This document shows positions 36,801 through 48,172 of a stretch of DNA of 64,000 bases, one piece after another. Positions within the stretch are counted from its first letter, which is position 1; each line of letters begins with the position of its first letter. This DNA is from Scenedesmus sp. PABB004. Its lineage: Eukaryota. The position numbers were made by a program, and so were the translations under genes. The DNA is taken from assembly GCA_014905635.1 (NCBI GenBank), contig JABVCE010000035.1, positions 248,001 through 312,000 on the forward strand, read 5' to 3'. Below the pieces are notes generated by a model. That model was not told the DNA's origin and made no database searches. It worked only from the letters and a program-made list of their open reading frames with translations.

Positions 36801-37553
36801 CGCACGGCGGCCGCCCTCCCCCCACGCGCCTGCGCGCGCTGCGCGCGCGTGGTCCAGCGCTCGAGGCTTGAGAAGAGGCCGGTGTGCCAGGGGCCAGGCA
36901 TGTCGGCGGGGCAGCGCCCGGTCTGGCCGCCGCCGAGCACGCGCGCCTCGAGCACGACCACGCGCTTGCCTGCCAGGCGCGCGGGGGCGGGGCGGGGCGA
37001 TGGCCAGCGCGCGGGGTCGCGGCCGCGCGCGCACGAGCCGGTCGGCTCGCGCGCGGCCGTCGGCGCGCAGCACGCAGAGCACGCGCGGCGCGCGCGGCAC
37101 GCAGCTCGCACCTCCCCTGGCGAGCAGGAAGGCGGAAGTGAGGCCGGCGACGCCGCCGCCTACGACCACGACGTCCGCCGACGTGTCCTCATCTAGCGGC
37201 GGGAAGCGGCGCTTGATCGCATCCTGGCCCCACGCGTTGGCCGCCAGCCCCGGCGCCGCCGGCGCGCGGCCGCGGCGCGGCGACGCGTCGGCGCCGCGGA
37301 AGCGCAGCGGCGGTGCGTCGGCGGGCGCGGCGGGGGCGGGCGCCTCGGGCTCGCTGCGCGGCGCGTCGCCGGGCGCGTCGGCGTCGCCGGCGGGCGGCCA
37401 CGCGGCGGCGCCGCCGCTCGCGGCCTTGATCGGCGTCGTTATCTTCCTCGCGCCGCGCCGGGGGCGGAGGGCGAGCGCGCGGCGGCCGCTGGCGAGGGCG
37501 GGCGCGGTCGCGGCGCAGCGCACGGCGGGCGCGGCCGCGGCGCGGGCGAGCAT
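33811..37553 (-). CDS. FAD-dependent oxidoreductase (DAO family) fused to a C-terminal Rieske [2Fe-2S] domain (bacterial YhfW-type architecture), organelle-targeted; multi-exon
   Basis: FPPLDEDTSADVVVVGGGVAGLTSAFLLA (GxGxxG); KRVVVLEARVLGGGQTGR; GGRIYEGT; NVFVATGDCGRVMTGGTLAG; Rieske boxes CPHLGC and WDCPCHGS; ends GPATIDMTKLRSRK* at 33811. Confidence 0.9.
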
Positions 37554-38202
37554 CCGGCGAGCGGTGGGGCGCCGTCCGGCGGAGTCCAGGAGCGCGGCAG
37601 GAGTGGCGATGGGCGGGCGCGGCGCGCTGGCCGGCGCCCGTGCGGCGGCACCGCCGCGCCGCGGTCTGCAACGACGCCCGCGCGTCGTCGGCAGGCGGCG
37701 GCGCCCGCCGCGCCGTGCACAGCCGCGCCCCGCTCATCGCATCGCGACGCGCGCAGCTGCGTCCGCGCGCGGCCTCGCTCTGCGGAGCGCCGCGGTCGCG
37801 GCGCCTGCCGCGCGCGCGGCGCGCCAGCTCGCGACGTGCTGCTCGACACGCGATTTGAAGAACTACTGACCTGCCTGGCCCTCGCAGCGAGTGGAGCAGC
37901 ACATTCGTGCTGCCACGCCGCACATCTCGGACTCGCTCGAGCCTCTCCGCGCCCGTACAGCGCACGAGGACCGCCGCTGGTGCAGCCCCAGGGCTCGGCT
38001 GAATGAGGAGCGAGGACTGAGACAGCGCGAGCTCGACCGGAAGCGCCCAGGCGCCGGGCGGCGGCGCCGCAGCAGCGGCGCCGCGCGCGCGCCGCTCGCC
38101 GCCGACGCGCCGCCGCCGCGGCGCCGCGCAGCAGCGGCGCCGCGGCGCCGTCGTCGTCGTCGGGGCCCGCAGGGGCGGCGCGCCTCCCGCCCGCCCTGCG
38201 CC

Positions 38203-39406
38203 ATGCGGCAGTCCAAGTCTCTGGGCAGCCTGGCCAGCTGGCACAAGCAGCGCACCGGCAGCAAGGGCCAGCTGCTCGACGCGGACGACGGCCGGACGTG
38301 GCCGACGTCGCTCGACGCGTACGAGCTGCTGGAGGACTGCGGCCGCGGCGTGAGGTGCGCGGCCCCCCGCCGCGCGAGCGCCGCGCCCGTCCTGCGAGCG
38401 CCGCGCCGCTCGCGCGCCCACGCCGCCGCGCGCCGCGCGTCGCAGCGCCGTGGTCTACCGCGCGCGCGTGCGCGCGAGCGGCGAGGTCGTGGCGATCAAG
38501 GCGCTCAACCTGGAGGCGCTGCAGAGCCCGCTCGAGGACATCATGCACGAGGCGCAGACCATGAAGGCGCGCGCTGCTTGCGCGCGCGGCGCGGCACGGC
38601 GGCGCGGCGCGGCGGCGGCCGCGGCAGCGGGCGCGGCGGCGGGCGCCGGCACGGCCGGCGCGCGCTGGCGGCAGACGCGCCGCCCGGCGCAGGCGTACAA
38701 GCACGAGGCCATCCTGCCGCTGTACTGCAGCTTTGTCAGCGGCTCGGAGCTGTTCATGGTGATGCCGTACATGCAGGCGCGCCGGGCGCTGCGCGGGCCA
38801 GGCGGGGCGGGGCGCTGGCAGCTGGGTCGTCGTCGGGCGGGACGGCGCCCGCGCGCGCCCCCACACGCGCGCCCGGCGCGCGCGCGCCGTCCAGGGCGGC
38901 AGCGTCGCGCACATAATGCGCTACGCCCACCCCGACGGCCTGTCCGAGCCGGTCATTGCGACGATCATGCGCGAGGTGCTGCGGGCGCTTGCATACGGTG
39001 AGCGGCCCGGGCGGCGGGGCGCGCCGGCGCCGCCGCGGCGGCGAGGGGCGCCGGGGGAGGCAGGGCGCGCCCGCCGCGGGGAGGGTCGCCGGCGCGCATT
39101 CCGCCGCGCGCCGCCGCGCCTGGCGGTCGGCGCCACGCCCACGAAGCGCCGGCGCTTGCGCGCGCGCAGTGCACGCGCACGGCGGCATCCACCGAGACAT
39201 CAAGGCCGGCAACATCCTGGTCGACGGCGAGGGCCGCGTCAAGCTCGGCGACTTTGGCGTCGCGAGTGCGCGCCGGCGCCGGCGCCCGCGCCGGCGCCGC
39301 GCACGCCGCGGCGCGGCGCGGCGGCGACGCCCAGCGGCGCCCCAGCGGCGCGCCAGCGGCAGCGCGCGGCGACGCCGCAGCGGGGGGTCGGACGGAGGGC
39401 CGACGC

Positions 39407-39464
<58 letters not shown>

Positions 39465-42400
39465 GCGCAGCCACGCTGGAGCGCGAGGGCGACTGGGGCG
39501 TGAGCACCAAGAGCCGCCTCACCTTTGTCGGCACACCGTGCTGGATGGCGCCCGAAGTGCGGCGGCGCAGCCGCGGGGCCGCTCGCCGGCGCGCGCGCGC
39601 CTCCTGCCGCGCCCGCCCCCGCGCGCCCACGCGGGCCCGTCCGCGGTGCCGCGCGCCGCCGCCGCCCTCCCCCGTGCCTCCCCCGCCCCGCGCAGGTGCT
39701 GGAGCAGACGAGCGGGTACCGCAGCAGGTGCGCGCGCCGGCCGAGCGGCAGCGCGGTTGACCGGCGGCGCACGGCGTCGTGCCCAGCCCGCGCGCGGCGC
39801 GCGGCGCGCGGCGCGCGGCGCGCTGCACGCTCACCCGCCGCCGCCGCCGGCCGCACTGTGTGCGCAGCGCCGACATCTGGAGCTTTGGCATCACCATGCT
39901 TGAGGCGGCGCACGGCCACGCGCCGTTCAGCAGGCTGCCGCCGATGAAGGTCCTGCTGCTCACGCTGCAGGTGGGCCGGCTCGGCGCGCGGTGGCGTTGG
40001 GCGTGGCGTCTGTAGCGTGGCGCGCGGCGCCGCCCACGCGCCGGCGCCGCGCGTGCTTCTTCGCGCCGTCTGCAGGGCCCGCCGCCGCAGCTGGAGGCGA
40101 GCTGCGGCGGACGGCACTTCAGCCGCGGCATGCGCGAGGTTGTGGCGCGCTGCCTGAACAAGGACCCGGCCAAGCGCCCCAGCGCAAAGGACCTGCTGGA
40201 ACACAGGCGCGCGCCGGCCCTCGGACCTGCCGGCAGCGGGCGGGGCGTTGCGCGTGCTGCGCGCCCCGCCGCCGCGCGCGGCGCCGTGCCCCGCCTGCGC
40301 GTGCGCCGAACGCAGGGCGTCCAGCCCCAGGCTTGGACTGTCTCGACCTCGGCCCGCCCGCGGCTGCGCTCGCAGGTTCTTCAAGCAGGCGCGTGACGCC
40401 GAGTTTCTCAAGCGGACGCTGCTGGCGGGCCTGCCGCCGCTGCCCCAGCGCGTCGTCGACATCCGCGCCGGCAAGGCCGCAACGCTCGCCCTCGACAACG
40501 ACCGCGACGCGATGGCCTCGCACATCAGCTACATCACAGACGTCGCGCAGTGGTGTGTGCGGCCCGGCGCGGCGGCGGCGCGCGGCGGCGGGCGCGGCGG
40601 CACGGCGGCGGCGCGCGCGCCCGACGCCCGCGCGCCCGCGCGCCCGGCGCCGCGCCGCCAGGGACTTCAACTGCACAAAGGGGGCGCTGCCGGGCCTGGA
40701 CGCGCCCGCCCCGGGCGGCGGCGGCGGCGCCGCCGCCGCCGGCGGCTCGGCCGGCGACGGCCAGCCCGCCAGCGGGCGGGACCAGGCGGGCGGCGCCGGC
40801 GCCCGCGACGTGGCGCACTCGCAGGCGGCCGAGGACGCGACAGCGGCGCGACCAGGGCAGGTTCAGCAGCAGCCGGGAGTGGTCATCGCGCACGCGGGGC
40901 TGCAGCAGCAGCACGCGCCTGACGCCCAGCAGCAGGAGCAGCAGCAGCAGCAGCAGCAGGCGCCGCCGGTGCTGGCGGGGGATGCTGGCCCGGGCGCGAA
41001 GGACGCGGCGGCGGCGGGCGCTGGCGCCGGCGCAGCCGCGGCCCCGGCCGCGATCTGCTTCGCCGGCGGCAAGCAGGTCGCGGCGTTTGCGCTCGCCTCC
41101 TCCGGCCCCAGCACGCCCGACCGCTCGCCCCTCGGCAGCCGCCCCGCGACGCCCGAGGCCGCCGCGGGCGCGGGCGCCGCGCGCAGCCCCGGGCGCGGCG
41201 CGGCGCCGCCGGGCCGCCCCGGCACGGCCGGCGGCGAGCTGTCGGCGAAGCGGCACGGCAGGTTCACCATCGTTGAGGCGCCCTACCTGGAGGCGGGCTC
41301 GCCCTCTGTGGCCCGGCAGCGCAGCGTCTCCAGCCCCGACATGGGCGGACTCGCGGCGCTGCGGCTCGAGCTGGGCGGCGGCGGCGACGACGCCGGCGAC
41401 GGCGGCGGCGGCGCTGCGGGCGCGCGGCCCGCAGCGCCCCGCGTGAGCGCGCCGGGCGGCAGCGGCGCGCCCGCTGCCCCGGCGGCGGCCGCCGGGGCAG
41501 TGGCGGCACCGGCCGTGACGCAACCGCAGCAGCAGCAGCAGCAGCAGCAGCTGCAGCAGCAGCGGCACCCACCGCCGCCCAGCGCCTTTGCGCAGGAGCA
41601 CGTGCAGGCGGCGGCCTCGCGCGCTGGCTTTGGCGGTGCGTCGTCGAGCGGCTCGCTGGCGAGCGGCTCGCTGGCGCGGCCAGGGGGCTCGCTGTCGGAC
41701 ATCTACGGGGCGCCGGCCGCCGCCGGCGGCCCGCAGCGCAGCGCGAGCCCCGGCTGGGCGCGCGAGCACCACACCGCGGCGCAGGTGTGGGACCACCTCA
41801 AAGGCGTGTGCGCGGAGGCGGTGGACAAGGTGGCGCAGCCCTTCAAGCACCACCACCACCACGCGCAGCACGGCATCGTCGGCGGCGGCGGCTCGCGCGG
41901 CGCGAGCCCGCAGCCGGCCCCGCAGCCGGCGACGCCGCCCGCCGCGCCGTCGCTCGCGGCCGGGCCGGCGTCGCCGCGCGCCGACAGCGCGCTGAGCCTG
42001 GCGAGCGGCGGCAGCGCCGCCGCGGCGCTCCCGTCGTTCGGCAGCAGCGGCAGCAGCACCAGCCGGCCGCCGCGCTACCAGCCCGCGGCGCCGGGCTCGG
42101 CGCGGCGCGAGGGCCAGCCGCTCAGCCCCACGCGCGCGCCGAGCGGCAGCGGCGCCCCGCTGGCGGCGCCGCCCGCGACTGGCGGCGCGGCTGGCGACGC
42201 CGCAGCGGCGTGCCCCGGCGAGCCGGGGCGCACGCTCGCGCCCGAGCCCTCCTTCTCTTCCCAGCTGTCGGCGCAGCCGCCGCCGGCGGAGGCGAGCGGC
42301 AGCGCCGCCGCGGGCGGGCCGCCCGCCGCGGGCGACGCGCCCGCGTCGCCGCCGCGGCTGGAAGGCATCTCCGTGGTGCTGCAGAGCCCCGAGCAGAAGG

Positions 42401-42486
42401 CGGCGGCGGCGGCGGCGACGGCTGCCGAGGGCAGCCCCGTCGTGAGCCGCCGGCACCGCGGGCGCTTCACCATCACGGAAACGTGA
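38203..42486 (+). CDS. STE20-family Ser/Thr kinase (OSR1/SPAK/BLUS1-like MAP4K); about 11 exons
   Basis: [94 protein letters not shown]-terminal GRFTI motifs. Confidence 0.95.
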
Positions 42487-42608
42487 ATCTGTAGGGGAGA
42501 GACGGTGGCGGGCGGTGGGGCAGCGTGCAGGGAGGGCGGTGAGTGTGGGTGGGCGTGGGCGGGCGGCGATGCGAAGCGCCCGAGGCGGGCGCACTGCTAT
42601 CTATGCTG

Positions 42609-42613
42609 TGTAA
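42609..42613 (+). promoter_or_regulatory. TGTAA chlorophyte poly(A) signal of the kinase gene
   Basis: TGTAA about 120 nt after the stop at 42486. UGUAA is the established chlorophycean polyadenylation signal. Confidence 0.6.
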
Positions 42614-43166
42614 GTTGACGCAGCCAGGCCAGGGAATTACGATAGGTAAGACGACGATGTTGACACCGCACGGACGGCGCGCGGCAGCTTGTGCTGGTGG
42701 AGCCAGCGTGCCGCCAGGCTGCGCACGCCGCTCCCGCCGCCGCCGCCGCCGCCGGCCGAGCCAGGCGCGCGCAGCGCTGGCGCGAGCTACGCCCGACCGC
42801 ACCAAGCTCAGGCGCTCCGTGGGCGCGCCCGCGGCAGCGCGGGATTCACTCGGGGCGTGGCAACATCACCGCGAAGCCGACCTCGAGCTTGCAAGTTCTG
42901 CCTTGCCAGGCCGCTGCAGCAGCCTTTATGCCTCGGTCGCTTTGCGAGCAAGCTCCAGCGCATGCGCTTGAAGCCCGGCAAGCACCAGGCGCCTGGTACC
43001 ACGCGCTGAACCGGAGGTCGCTGCCGCCTGCTCGCGCCATACCGCGCCCCGGCGCCACCGCTCGGCACTCTGCCCGACATTCCTGACCTTCCTGCGTCCA
43101 TCGCGGCCCCACCGACATCGAGAGCTCGCTAGTTTTCCACTTACTCAGCCGCCTACGCAGCACGCC

Positions 43167-44421
<1,255 letters not shown>

Positions 44422-44941
44422 GCCGCCGCCGCGACCGCCGCCGCCGCCGCACGCGCGCTCCGGCGGACGTGTGCCGGGGGCTTGTTTTGATTCCGAATGG
44501 CTTGACGCAGGTGACGCTTGACAAGCGGTTTTCTATTACGACACGTGCACATGACATCACACACACAGCAGTGCTCCATTACGCACTAGGTTGGTTTTCA
44601 AACACACTGCTCGCCGGCGCTCGACAGGCTGAACACTCAAGCGGCGCTCAGTGAGCGCTGAGCGCCCGTTGGCCCTGCTCGGTGACTGCAGTCATTGCCA
44701 CCCACGGCACTAGCACGCTGCGATCTGCCAACGACTCTCATGCTGGCTGCAGAGTGGTCACCCCTGGCCGCAGCCAACCGCACGGCGCGCGCGTGCCTGG
44801 CGCTCGCTGCAGCGTCGCATGACCCCTGTCGTCCTGTCGTGTGTCCCGTGTGCGTGTCTGTAATATGTGCGCCTGTAACATGTGCGTGTGCTCCCAGCGC
44901 GCCCCGCGGGCACGGCTCGGCCGCCAGCGGCCGCAGCAGCA

Positions 44942-45035
44942 GCAGCAGCGCAGGCGCGGAGCGTCGGAGCCGCACCGGCTGCGCCAGGCAGGGCAGCGGT
45001 TGGGCGCGGCTCGTCATGCGCGCCCGCGCTGCTGC
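44942..45035 (-). promoter_or_regulatory. Eukaryotic SECIS element (form 2) in the 3' UTR of the DUF3253 gene
   Basis: Minus-strand RNA: helix I GCAGCAGCGCGGGCGCG / CGCGCCUGCGCUGCUGC; core AUGAC (45017-45013) opposite CGAC (44966-44963); 10-bp helix II GAGCCGCGCC / GGUGCGGCUC; unpaired AA (45001-45000) 11 nt after the core; apical mini-stem GCUGC/GCAGC. Confidence 0.88.
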
Positions 45036-45063
45036 CGCCGCGCGCCGAGACCACCCCGCGCCC

Positions 45064-45705
45064 TCACTCGCCGCTGCCGGCGTCGCTGGCCAGGCCGCCG
45101 CCGCGACCGCCGCCGCCCCTGCCGCTGGCCTCAGCGGGCGGCTCGGCTGCCTGCGGCGCACCGGGCGGCGGCGCGGGTGCCACCGCGCCGTCCGCCAGCC
45201 GCAGCCGCAGCCGGATCGGCCCCTTGACGCAGCCGCGCGGGTCCACCACCTGCGGCGGCGCCGGCGGTGGTGGGCGGCCGCGGGGCGCGGCGGGCTGCGC
45301 ACATGCGCGGGCCAGCCCGCCCCGCCCCGCCGCTGCTCGCCTGGCCCTTCTGCGTGATGTCGATGACCCCCGCCAGCGCGAGGCCTGTCGCTGCGCGCCG
45401 CGTCGCGTCCATCAGGGGCCGCCAGTCGGCGGGGCGGAGCTGCGCGCGCGGCCGTGGCGGGACGCGGCGATTTGCGGCGGCGGCGGCAGCGGGCGGCGGC
45501 TGCCGCGGCGCTGGTGCCGGCGCTGCCGCACCTGGCGCGGCACCTCGCTGGGTCAGCAGGTCGCGCCGCGGCGGCGGCCGGCGAGGAGGGCGAGAATGGC
45601 CGCGCCGAGCTGCTCCTCGTCGATCTCCGCCGCGCTGGCGGCGCGCGGCCGCTTGGCCGGCGCGCGCTGCTCGGCGGCGCCGCCGCCGCGCTTCCTGCTG
45701 GCCAT
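45064..45705 (-). CDS. DUF3253-family protein with in-frame UGA (candidate selenoprotein), 152 aa; exons 45705-45532, 45439-45341, 45249-45064
   Basis: Spliced translation MASRKRGGGAAEQRAPAKRPRAASAAEIDEEQLGAAILALLAGRRRGATC(U)PSEVPRQ|LRPADWRPLMDATRRAATGLALAGVIDITQKGQ|VVDPRGCVKGPIRLRLR.. follows the DUF3253 pattern as I recall it (IL.LL..R...TICPSE.AR....WR.LM..VR.AA..L...G.I.ITQKG..VDP....GPIRLR). TGA is at 45555-45553 (codon 51), both introns are phase 0, and a SECIS lies downstream. Confidence 0.88.
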
Positions 45706-46056
45706 GTCGCGCGGGGCCGCGTGGCAGCGGCGGGCGGTGTGGGGGCGGCAGCGGCTGCAGCGGCAGCGATTGCCCGGCCGGCGTCAGCGGCAGCGGCGGG
45801 GGTGTGTGGGCGGCAGCGGCTGCAGCGGCAGCGATTGCCCGGGCCACCTGCGTCACGGCGGCGCAGCGAAAAACCGCCGCCGCCGCTCGGCTGCGCTGCG
45901 CGCATCCCCGCCGCCTGCACAGCCCGCGACCAGACAGCGGCCAGCGCTCGACACCCGCGCCCGGCCACGCCTTCGCTGCGACACCCCGCGCCAACCGCCA
46001 GCGCCGAGCTCCGCCGCGGCGGCGCAGGCCGCGCGCCCCCGCGGCGGGCCGGCGAC

Positions 46057-46927
46057 ATGCTGGGCCACAGCCTGAGCCTGGACGGCGGCAAGGGCAGCGC
46101 CGGCGGCGCGGCGCCGGGCGTCTGGGCGGCGGCGGCGGCGCAGCAGCAGCCCGGGGCGGCGGCGCCGCCGCACCAGGCGGCGGCGGGCCCGCCGCAGGCG
46201 CCGGCGGCGGACGAGCACCTGTTCCACACGCCGCCCGACATGCTGTGCCCCATCACGCTCTGCCTGGTGCGGCGGCGGCCCGGCGGCGGCCCGGCCCGGC
46301 GCGCTGCGCTCTTGCCGCGCTTCACCCCGCTCGCCGCTCGCCGCGGCCGCGCGTGCGTCCCCCGCAGTTCCAGGACCCGGTCTGCAACGCGCTGGGGCAG
46401 GTCTACGAGCGCGGCGCGATCCAGCGGCACCTCGTGCAGGCGGCGGTCAGCGGCGCGCCGCCGACCGACCCCATCTCCAACGCGGTGCTGCCGAGCCTCG
46501 ACCTCGTCCCCGTCTGGCCGATGCGCAGCCGCGCGGCGCAGTACCGCGAGTCGACCGCGCGCGCGTGCGTCGCCGCCGCGGCGGCTCCGGGCTGCGCCGC
46601 GCCGGCGCGCTACCTGCGCCGCGCGGCGGAGCTCGTGCTGCCCGGCGGCGGCGCCGAGGGCGGCGGCGCCCCGGGCGCGCCGCTGGCGGGGCAGGCGCCC
46701 GCGGCGGCGGCGCCGAGCGTGCCCGGCATGTCGCCCGATTTTGCGCGCTACCTCGCGGCGCACACCGACCCCGCGTGCGACGCGGCGCTGGTGAAGTACT
46801 TTGGGCACGAGCTGCTGCGCGCGGGCGCGCACGACGCGGCAGCCGACGTCTTCCACCGCCTCCTGCTCGGCGCGGAGGGCCGCGCCGCGCAGGCCGAGTA
46901 CCTGCAGCTCTGCCTCGACTGCTGGGC

Positions 46928-46974
<47 letters not shown>

Positions 46975-46978
46975 CGGC

Positions 46979-47024
<46 letters not shown>

Positions 47025-47702
47025 GAGCCGGCGGCGGCGCCAGCGGGCGCCGCCAGCCCCGCGGTCGTGCGCAAGCTCGCCGACTTTGTGCAGCGGCAGC
47101 GCAGCGTCGGCGCGGCGGCGATCGTGGAGATGCTGGCGGGCATGCACCACGGCCCCCGCGCCGCGCTCGCGCTGTGCCAGGAGCTGCTCGCCCGCGCAGC
47201 AGCCGCCGCCGCCGCGAGCGCGGGCCCCGACGCCGAGGCGGCGCTCGGGCTGCCCGGCGGCCTTGGAGGCGTCCTGGAGGTGCTGCTGGCGCTCGTCGCG
47301 CTCGGCGAGCAGCAGCTGCAGGAGCAGCTGCGCGCGCTGGCGGCGCAGGTCGCGGCGCTGCAGGCGGCGAGCGCGGGGCGGCCGGCCGGCAGCGGCGGCG
47401 TCGACGCTGGCGCCGCCGCGGCGGCGGGCGCCGCGGCGGGCGCTCTCCCCGGCGCCAGCAGCAGCAGCAGCGGCGGCGGCGGCGGCGGCGCGAGCGGCGC
47501 GGCAGCCGGCCTGGCGCGGCCGGCGCGGCGGCAGGGCGCGCGCTGGCGCGGCGGCAAGGGCGCGGGGGTGCTGCTGGGCCGGCTCGCGCGCGGCGCGGCG
47601 GCGGGCACGCTGGCGGCCGCGTCGCTCGCGAGCGGCAACGCGCCCTGGCTGCGCGCTGCGCGGCTGGCGCCGCTGCTCTACCTCCTGCGCGCGGGCCTGT
47701 GA
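46057..47702 (+). CDS. U-box domain protein (putative E3 ubiquitin ligase) with a coiled coil; 2 exons
   Basis: TPPDMLCPITLCL|FQDPVCNALGQVYERGAIQRHL..PTDPISNAVLPSLDLVPVWPMRSRA is a U-box. Later LQEQLRALAAQVAALQ coiled coil. Intron about 46267-46367. Confidence 0.85.
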
Positions 47703-48172
47703 CGTGTGACGTGTTTCGTTGAACCGCGACGAGCGGCGCCCAAGTTGTCCCGTCGCCGGCTGCAGCGGATACACAGAGCCGCGCGGCACACACCGCACGC
47801 CGCCCACACGCTCGAGGTGCCTCGCCCCGCGCACGTGGCCCGCGCGGTGCGCACACGGTGCCCCGCCGCCGCGCGGCCTGCCAGCTCGCGCCAGGCGGCT
47901 GCGCGCAAGCGCTGACGCGCTAGTAACGCGCCCGGCGGAGGCGTCACGCACGCGGGTGAGGCGAGGCCCTGCCGCGGCGCGCCGGCGCGCACACAGACGG
48001 CGGTCAGCGCTGCGCGGCGGCCGGACCCTCCGCCCCCAATGCGGCCTTCCCGGGGGCCGGCAGCAGCTCGAAGAGCACCAGAATCGCACCGAGCGCTGGC
48101 AGGGCGCGCCGCGCGGTCCAGCGGCGCGCTCGCTCAGCTCACGCGCGGCGTCGCTGCTGTCGCAGGCGCGCC

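Noticed and set aside
25298..37553. GT90 + UGP3 + oxidoreductase as a metabolic gene cluster
   Set aside because: Predicted compartments differ (secretory versus plastid) and no shared pathway is evident. Adjacency alone is not evidence.
45553..45555. Reading the in-frame TGA as a nonsense mutation (pseudogene)
   Set aside because: It falls at the family's conserved Cys position, the rest of the gene and its splice sites are intact, and a complete SECIS follows the stop codon.
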